From Clostridia bacterium (GTDB taxonomy: Bacteria > Bacillota > Clostridia > Christensenellales > UBA3700): DNA of 51,414 nucleotides. Within the stretch, counting starts at the first letter, position 1, and every line of letters begins with the position of its first letter. The stretch spans positions 1 to 51,414 of the forward strand of contig JAIDUT010000073.1 in NCBI GenBank assembly GCA_029060065.1. Direction: 5' to 3'. The position numbers and the translations under genes are program-made. The notes beneath the pieces are model-generated. The model saw only the letters and a program-made list of their open reading frames with translations, was not told where the DNA came from and did not search any database. This document shows, piece after piece, positions 46,880-51,414 of the stretch.

Positions 46880-46908
46880 TTGACTTATTATTTGGTGTAT
46901 GCTATAAT
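46880..46908 (+). promoter_or_regulatory. luxS promoter (extended -10)
   Basis: TTGACT (46880-46885), a 17-nt spacer ending in TGC, then TATAAT (46903-46908). The GGAGAG SD and ATG 46943 follow. Confidence 0.7.
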
Positions 46909-46942
46909 CTTGGCATTATAATTCTAAGGCTATGGAGAGTAT

Positions 46943-47386
46943 ATGGACAACATAAAATCTTTTGAACTTGACCACGATGCTATGACCCCGGGATTTTACT
47001 GTCTTGGCGAGGCAAACGGAGTATATACCTACGATATGCGCTTCAAGTATCCCAACAAGGGAGATTATATATCCTATTCCGCTTTGCATTCTATAGAGCA
47101 TCTATTTGCGGTAGTTATTCGCAATAGCGAAATAAAGGACAAAGTCGTCTATTTCGGACCTATGGGCTGTCGCACGGGATGTTATTTATTGCTATTTGGC
47201 ATACAGGAAAAAGAAGCAAAACAAGTGACAATAGAGTGCCTGAAAAAATGCTTGACGCTTGACTACGTGCCGGGGACTACGCAAAAGGAATGCGGTAATT
47301 ATAAAGAACATAATCTGGAGGAGGCAAAAAAAGAGATTGCTCAGTATCTCGAGGTACTTACTGATAATCCATGTAATATCGACTGA
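46943..47386 (+). CDS. luxS: S-ribosylhomocysteine lyase
   Basis: FELDH, the HSIEHLFA (HxxEH) metal site, and GPMGCRTGCY. Confidence 0.9.
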   Translation: MDNIKSFELDHDAMTPGFYCLGEANGVYTYDMRFKYPNKGDYISYSALHSIEHLFAVVIRNSEIKDKVVYFGPMGCRTGCYLLLFGIQEKEAKQVTIECLKKCLTLDYVPGTTQKECGNYKEHNLEEAKKEIAQYLEVLTDNPCNID

Positions 47387-47403
47387 AGCTAAGAGGTAAA
47401 GTT

Positions 47404-48771
47404 ATGGAAAGACAAGAAATATTAAATTGTATAGAAATTCAAAAAAAGAATAACGCTTTATTGGATTATAAGAAGAGAATAAAGGTCTTGAAGAAGTTAT
47501 ACAATAATATATTACTTCTCAAGAATGATATTTATCGCGCGCTAAAAGCCGACCTAAATAAGAGCGAGATAGAGAGCCAAACAACGGAAGTGGGCATGGT
47601 ACTTAGCGAAATATCCTATATGATAAAGCATATAAAGAAGTTTTCGCGCCCCAAGAATGTCGGAGGTTCGCTTATTCATTTCCCGTCAAAGAGCTGGAGC
47701 ATACCTTGTCCGTACGGTTGCGTACTCATTATGAGCCCGTGGAACTATCCATTTATGCTTTCTTTAGACCCATTGGTCGACGCGATTTCCGCAGGAAATA
47801 GCGTGGTGCTTAAGCCAAGCAGATATTCGAGCAATACCACTAATGTTATACAAAAACTCGTTGAGATGACTTTTGAAAAAGACGAAGTCATAGTAGTGAG
47901 TGGCGGTAGGGAAGAAAACGCATTTTTGCTTGAGCAAGACTTCGACTACATATTCTATACGGGTAGTACCGCAGTAGGAAAACTCGTAATGCAAAAGGCT
48001 TCGGAGAAGTTTACGCCCGTCACTTTGGAAATGGGCGGAAAAAGTCCTTGCATAGTCGATAAGACCGCCAATATACCTCTTTCGGCAAGACGCATAGTCT
48101 TTGGTAAGTTCCTCAACTGCGGACAGACTTGCGTAGCGCCTGACTTTGTTTATTGCGACAAATCTATCAAAGATAGACTTGTTGAAGAACTCAAAAAGCA
48201 AATTACTATCCAATATACCGACGACCAACTCGCCAATGAAGATTATCCTAAGATGATCAACCAAAAGCATTTTGACATGGTGAGAAGTTATATTGATAAG
48301 GATAGGGTGCTCTTTGGCGGAAATGTCGATGAGGAAAAACTTAAAATTCAACCTACGATATTAGACTCTGATTTCGACAGACTTGAGATGAGCCAAGAGG
48401 TATTCGGTCCAATTTTACCTATCGTAACTTTTGATAATTTAGACGAGGCAATCGCCAAAGTCAATTCCATGTCTACGCCTCTTGCGCTGTATTACTTCTC
48501 GGAAGATAAAGACAGTCAAAGCAAGGTCAAGACGTATTGCAAATTCGGCGGTGGCTGTATAAACGATACTATCATGCACATTGCGTCGTCTACTTTGCCT
48601 TTTGGCGGACTTAAGCATAGCGGTATGGGAGCATATCACGGGAAAGCGGGGTTTGATACCTTTACTCATTACAAGAGTATAATCGACAAAAAGACTTGGT
48701 TTGATATGCCTACGCGTTATCAGCCATATAACGATGCAAAGTATAAACTTATAAAGTTCTTTATGAAATAG
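47404..48771 (+). CDS. NAD(P)-dependent aldehyde dehydrogenase (class 3-like)
   Basis: LEMGGKSP with the catalytic Glu, FLNCGQTCVAPD with the catalytic Cys, and EVFGPILPI. Confidence 0.85.
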   Translation: MERQEILNCIEIQKKNNALLDYKKRIKVLKKLYNNILLLKNDIYRALKADLNKSEIESQTTEVGMVLSEISYMIKHIKKFSRPKNVGGSLIHFPSKSWSIPCPYGCVLIMSPWNYPFMLSLDPLVDAISAGNSVVLKPSRYSSNTTNVIQKLVEMTFEKDEVIVVSGGREENAFLLEQDFDYIFYTGSTAVGKLVMQKASEKFTPVTLEMGGKSPCIVDKTANIPLSARRIVFGKFLNCGQTCVAPDFVYCDKSIKDRLVEELKKQITIQYTDDQLANEDYPKMINQKHFDMVRSYIDKDRVLFGGNVDEEKLKIQPTILDSDFDRLEMSQEVFGPILPIVTFDNLDEAIAKVNSMSTPLALYYFSEDKDSQSKVKTYCKFGGGCINDTIMHIASSTLPFGGLKHSGMGAYHGKAGFDTFTHYKSIIDKKTWFDMPTRYQPYNDAKYKLIKFFMK

Positions 48772-48811
48772 CCCCGATACGTCAATTACTTTCAAAAGAA
48801 GAGGAGAAATT

Positions 48812-49012
48812 ATGTCAAACAATAGTCCATTTTGCACATGTAAGGATACCAAGTGTCCGTTGCACCCGACAAACCATGACAAAGGCTGTTCGCTGTGTAT
48901 AGCAAAAAATCTCCAATCAAGGGAAATACCCAGTTGCTTTTTCAACTTGGCAGATCCCGATATGAAAAGGCAAGGGTATACATTTGAGGACTTTGTAAAG
49001 TTGTTCAAATAA
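48812..49012 (+). CDS. small cysteine-rich protein (hypothetical)
   Basis: AAGAGGAG SD. 66 aa with CTCKDTKCPLHPTNHDKGCSLC, consistent with a metal-binding module. Confidence 0.45.
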   Translation: MSNNSPFCTCKDTKCPLHPTNHDKGCSLCIAKNLQSREIPSCFFNLADPDMKRQGYTFEDFVKLFK

Positions 49013-49043
49013 CGTCAATTTATCTCATTATATAATATTTATT

Positions 49044-49075
49044 AAACACGCAAAAATTTGCGTGTTTTTTATTTT
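49044..49075 (+). terminator. rho-independent terminator
   Basis: AAACACGCAAA pairs with TTTGCGTGTTT, followed by TTTTTTATTTT. Confidence 0.8.
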
Positions 49076-49123
49076 ACTATAAAGACTTCTATAATTTGTT
49101 AACATTTTCTAATTTTTCTAAAA

Positions 49124-49241
49124 AAAGTATACTTTTACTGAATAAACTTGTTTTTTCACGAAAATGCGATTTTTTCTCAAATACATTATAATTCAAGTGT
49201 TAAAATATTGCAATACATTATGGTCAGTAAAAGTATACTTT
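49124..49241. repeat. perfect 18-bp inverted repeat pair flanking an 82-bp segment
   Basis: AAAGTATACTTTTACTGA (49124-49141) and TCAGTAAAAGTATACTTT (49224-49241) are exact reverse complements. Confidence 0.85.
49185..49213 (-). promoter_or_regulatory. sigma-A promoter inside the inverted-repeat-bounded segment, facing away from the surface-protein gene
   Basis: The minus strand reads TTGCAA (49213-49208), a 17-nt spacer, then TATAAT (49190-49185). Confidence 0.55.
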
Positions 49242-49291
49242 ATTTGGAATGCGCCGAAAAAGCCATTTTGATTAGCCGAAAATCGACTTCA

Positions 49292-49321
49292 GTCATTTTG
49301 ACAACTACATGTCATTTTGAC
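49292..49321. promoter_or_regulatory. two copies of palindrome GTCATTTTGAC
   Basis: GTCA-N3-TGAC occurs at 49292-49302 and 49311-49321, 19 bp start-to-start. Both lie between the inverted repeat and the lipoprotein start codon. Confidence 0.45.
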
Positions 49322-49372
49322 TGCAGTGGAGAAACTCAACAGCTTAAAAAGTATACCAAAAGAGGAAAACAT

Positions 49373-51414
49373 ATGAACTCAAAGACATTAAGAACAAGAT
49401 ACTTAAAATCTGCGTTACTGATAATAACAATTTGCTTAATATTAGGAGCGATAAGCGCATGCTTGCCGTTTAATGTATCAATACCCGAATTGGACGACAA
49501 TTCAATTAGCGATACAGCTATGACTATTACGCAGAATACAAGCGACGGATTAGGCGAGTTTAACAACGGATGTTCTTATATCTACACAGATAAGACTTTA
49601 ATTGACAATTATAGGGCAGACGATCCCGATACGCCTTATGATTTATCAACTCATCAAGTAGCAAAGACAGACAGCAACAGAGGTACGCAAGATAACCCAT
49701 ACGTTATATCCACTACTGATGATTGGGAAACTTTTGCCAAGATGATGGGACCGTCTACCTCGGATAGAGGCTTAAATAAATATTTTGTACTTGCAGATGA
49801 TTTAGATTTTGACGGCGTCGAGTTCCACCCAATACCAATCTTCAAAGGTACGTTTTACGGAATGGGACATCAACTTCTCAATATCACCACAAGTAGCACT
49901 ACTTGGACATATTGGAACGGCTCAGCTTGGACGACTATCGGAACTTACACCTCAGCAGGTTTTGGAGTTTTTTGCAGGACAGATAGCGCGACTATTACCG
50001 ATTTGATTTTGCAAGATTATTTTATTACGGGAATGCCAAATGCCGTTGCATTGACTTGGAGTAACTATCACGGCGCATTAGTGGGAGTAACTTGCGGTAA
50101 CGACTCAATTCTTAACTGCCATTTGCAAGGAGAGATAAACGGCGGAACTGTTACTTATGCCAATTACGGATGGTGCGGTGGAATCGTAGGATTAGTACAT
50201 AATGCTTTATCTAGCGGAAATCCTACGGCTACCATATATCGCTGTAGCGTAAATACGATTATGGTAATCAGTACTAACGCAAAAACGAATTTCCATTGCG
50301 GGGGAATAATAGGAGACCCCAATTCCGGAGTGAATGTGCATATCTATGATTGCGCGAGTTATCTTAATTTTATAAACGCAACAAGACTTGGCTATATTGG
50401 CAGTGTTGCGGGATATTTAAGAGAGAATGGAAGAGTAGATATTGAAGATTGCGTTACAGTGCTTCGTTCTGCTTATAATACTCAATATTCAAATGGGGCA
50501 CTATATGCTTTCAATTCTGCAAAAACCGTAAAAAACGTTTATGTCGACGCAGTTATCGGAACAAGCACTGCAATGAATTCTGCATCCGGCAATCCAACGA
50601 CTTCTTCCAACGTCCACATCGGACCTTACGTAAATACTACTCCTATTTCGCCGGCGCCTACTAAACATACAACTACTGCAAACTTATTAAGTACTGCGCA
50701 GGCAGACGTTGGGGTTCATCTACCGTCGCAAATATGGGATGCTACAAAAATATCCGAACAAGTTACTCCTGATAATTCACCAGTGCGCAACTACTTATTA
50801 GCGTTTATCAATTTCCGCAATTTGAACAACGGCGGTAATAATGAAGAGAAAGTAGGTCTTGAAGATGGGGTTGGTTACATTGTTGGGGATAGCCTTCCTA
50901 CAAATACTACTAATACGAATTTTTCTAGTTGGATATCTGCAAATAAGTCGAGTAGTCACGTATTCAAAGGTTGGACGGACGACCCTAAAGGCGAAAGCGA
51001 GCCGTTTACAGAATTGCCGGCAGGCTTTTTCGGCAACGTCACTTTATACGCGGTATGGGGCTTACCGGACAGCTACGTAACATCAAACATAAAGACAAGT
51101 CTTACTTCAGATAAGACATTAATAGAATACGACAGCGTGGAGAGCATAACTCTAACCGCTAAAGTTACGCATACCTCGCCGTCAAGCGGAGCAATGACCA
51201 ATCCGTCAGTTACGTATAATTTCGTGCAAGACGGAGATAACAAAACTACTTCGGAGGATGTAAAAAGTAGCGGAGTACTGTCTGTCAAGACAGTAAAGGA
51301 CAGCGGAAAATATACGTTTAAGTATAGACTTACAGACGGTCTAGAGCCGTTATGGTATTATGACGGAACGCCGAGCAATAGTGTAGACATCAAGATAGAG
51401 AAAGGTAAGTGGGA
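49373..51414 (+). CDS. large surface lipoprotein with GLUG-type repeats and a Listeria-Bacteroides (InlB B-repeat-like) module; 3' end outside the window
   Basis: Not in the ORF track (no stop within the window). I read the frame codon by codon from ATG 49373 (SD AAAGAGGAAAA) to 51412 and found no stop. The signal peptide has lipobox ISAC. GLUG-like units are ILNCHLQGEI..WCGGIVGL and IYRCSV..HCGGIIGD. A later module reads HVFKGWTDDPKGESEPFTELPAGFFGNVTLYAVWG. Confidence 0.7.
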   Translation, partial: MNSKTLRTRYLKSALLIITICLILGAISACLPFNVSIPELDDNSISDTAMTITQNTSDGLGEFNNGCSYIYTDKTLIDNYRADDPDTPYDLSTHQVAKTDSNRGTQDNPYVISTTDDWETFAKMMGPSTSDRGLNKYFVLADDLDFDGVEFHPIPIFKGTFYGMGHQLLNITTSSTTWTYWNGSAWTTIGTYTSAGFGVFCRTDSATITDLILQDYFITGMPNAVALTWSNYHGALVGVTCGNDSILNCHLQGEINGGTVTYANYGWCGGIVGLVHNALSSGNPTATIYRCSVNTIMVISTNAKTNFHCGGIIGDPNSGVNVHIYDCASYLNFINATRLGYIGSVAGYLRENGRVDIEDCVTVLRSAYNTQYSNGALYAFNSAKTVKNVYVDAVIGTSTAMNSASGNPTTSSNVHIGPYVNTTPISPAPTKHTTTANLLSTAQADVGVHLPSQIWDATKISEQVTPDNSPVRNYLLAFINFRNLNNGGNNEEKVGLEDGVGYIVGDSLPTNTTNTNFSSWISANKSSSHVFKGWTDDPKGESEPFTELPAGFFGNVTLYAVWGLPDSYVTSNIKTSLTSDKTLIEYDSVESITLTAKVTHTSPSSGAMTNPSVTYNFVQDGDNKTTSEDVKSSGVLSVKTVKDSGKYTFKYRLTDGLEPLWYYDGTPSNSVDIKIEKGKW

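Overview
This 51.4-kb chromosomal window comes from a low/moderate-GC Bacillota (Clostridia-like) genome. It is densely coding, mostly on the + strand. I saw no rRNA, tRNA, CRISPR array, transposase or integrase. The recognisable core is as follows. There is an OmpR-type response regulator and a PhoR-like histidine kinase. Next come manA, tsaC(sua5/ywlC)-ywlE-rpiB, and a complete V-type ATPase operon in the Enterococcus hirae gene order (ntpF-I-K-E-C-G-A-B-D). These are followed by LysR/LysE/serC, metG-tatD-radical SAM-rsmA, a split transketolase, proS, luxS and an aldehyde dehydrogenase. Five things deserve a second look. (1) A four-gene cassette at 4909-11153 sits between the response regulator and the kinase. 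It encodes a divergent class-I release-factor paralog that keeps GGQ but lacks the PxT/SPF codon-reading loop. That gene is translationally coupled (ATGA overlaps) to a UvrD/HelD-like SF1 helicase and a coiled-coil protein, and is followed by a membrane-anchored GLUG-repeat protein. (2) Five genes have a near-consensus sigma-A promoter whose -10 box ends 6-9 nt before the ATG and no Shine-Dalgarno, which predicts leaderless mRNAs. (3) A perfect 18-bp inverted repeat brackets an 82-bp segment that carries an outward-facing TTGCAA-17-TATAAT promoter. It lies just upstream of a >680-aa surface lipoprotein ORF that runs off the window and is absent from the ORF track. This is an inverton-like phase-switch candidate. 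(4) A complete promoter-SD-26-codon ORF-terminator unit lies on the minus strand at 2196-2413 and is not in the track. (5) A TGAAC-N3-GTTCA palindrome lies at the TetR gene's own transcription start and occurs twice in an unusual 189-bp gap that splits ntpB from ntpD. All functional calls rest on motif recognition by eye. No database search was run.
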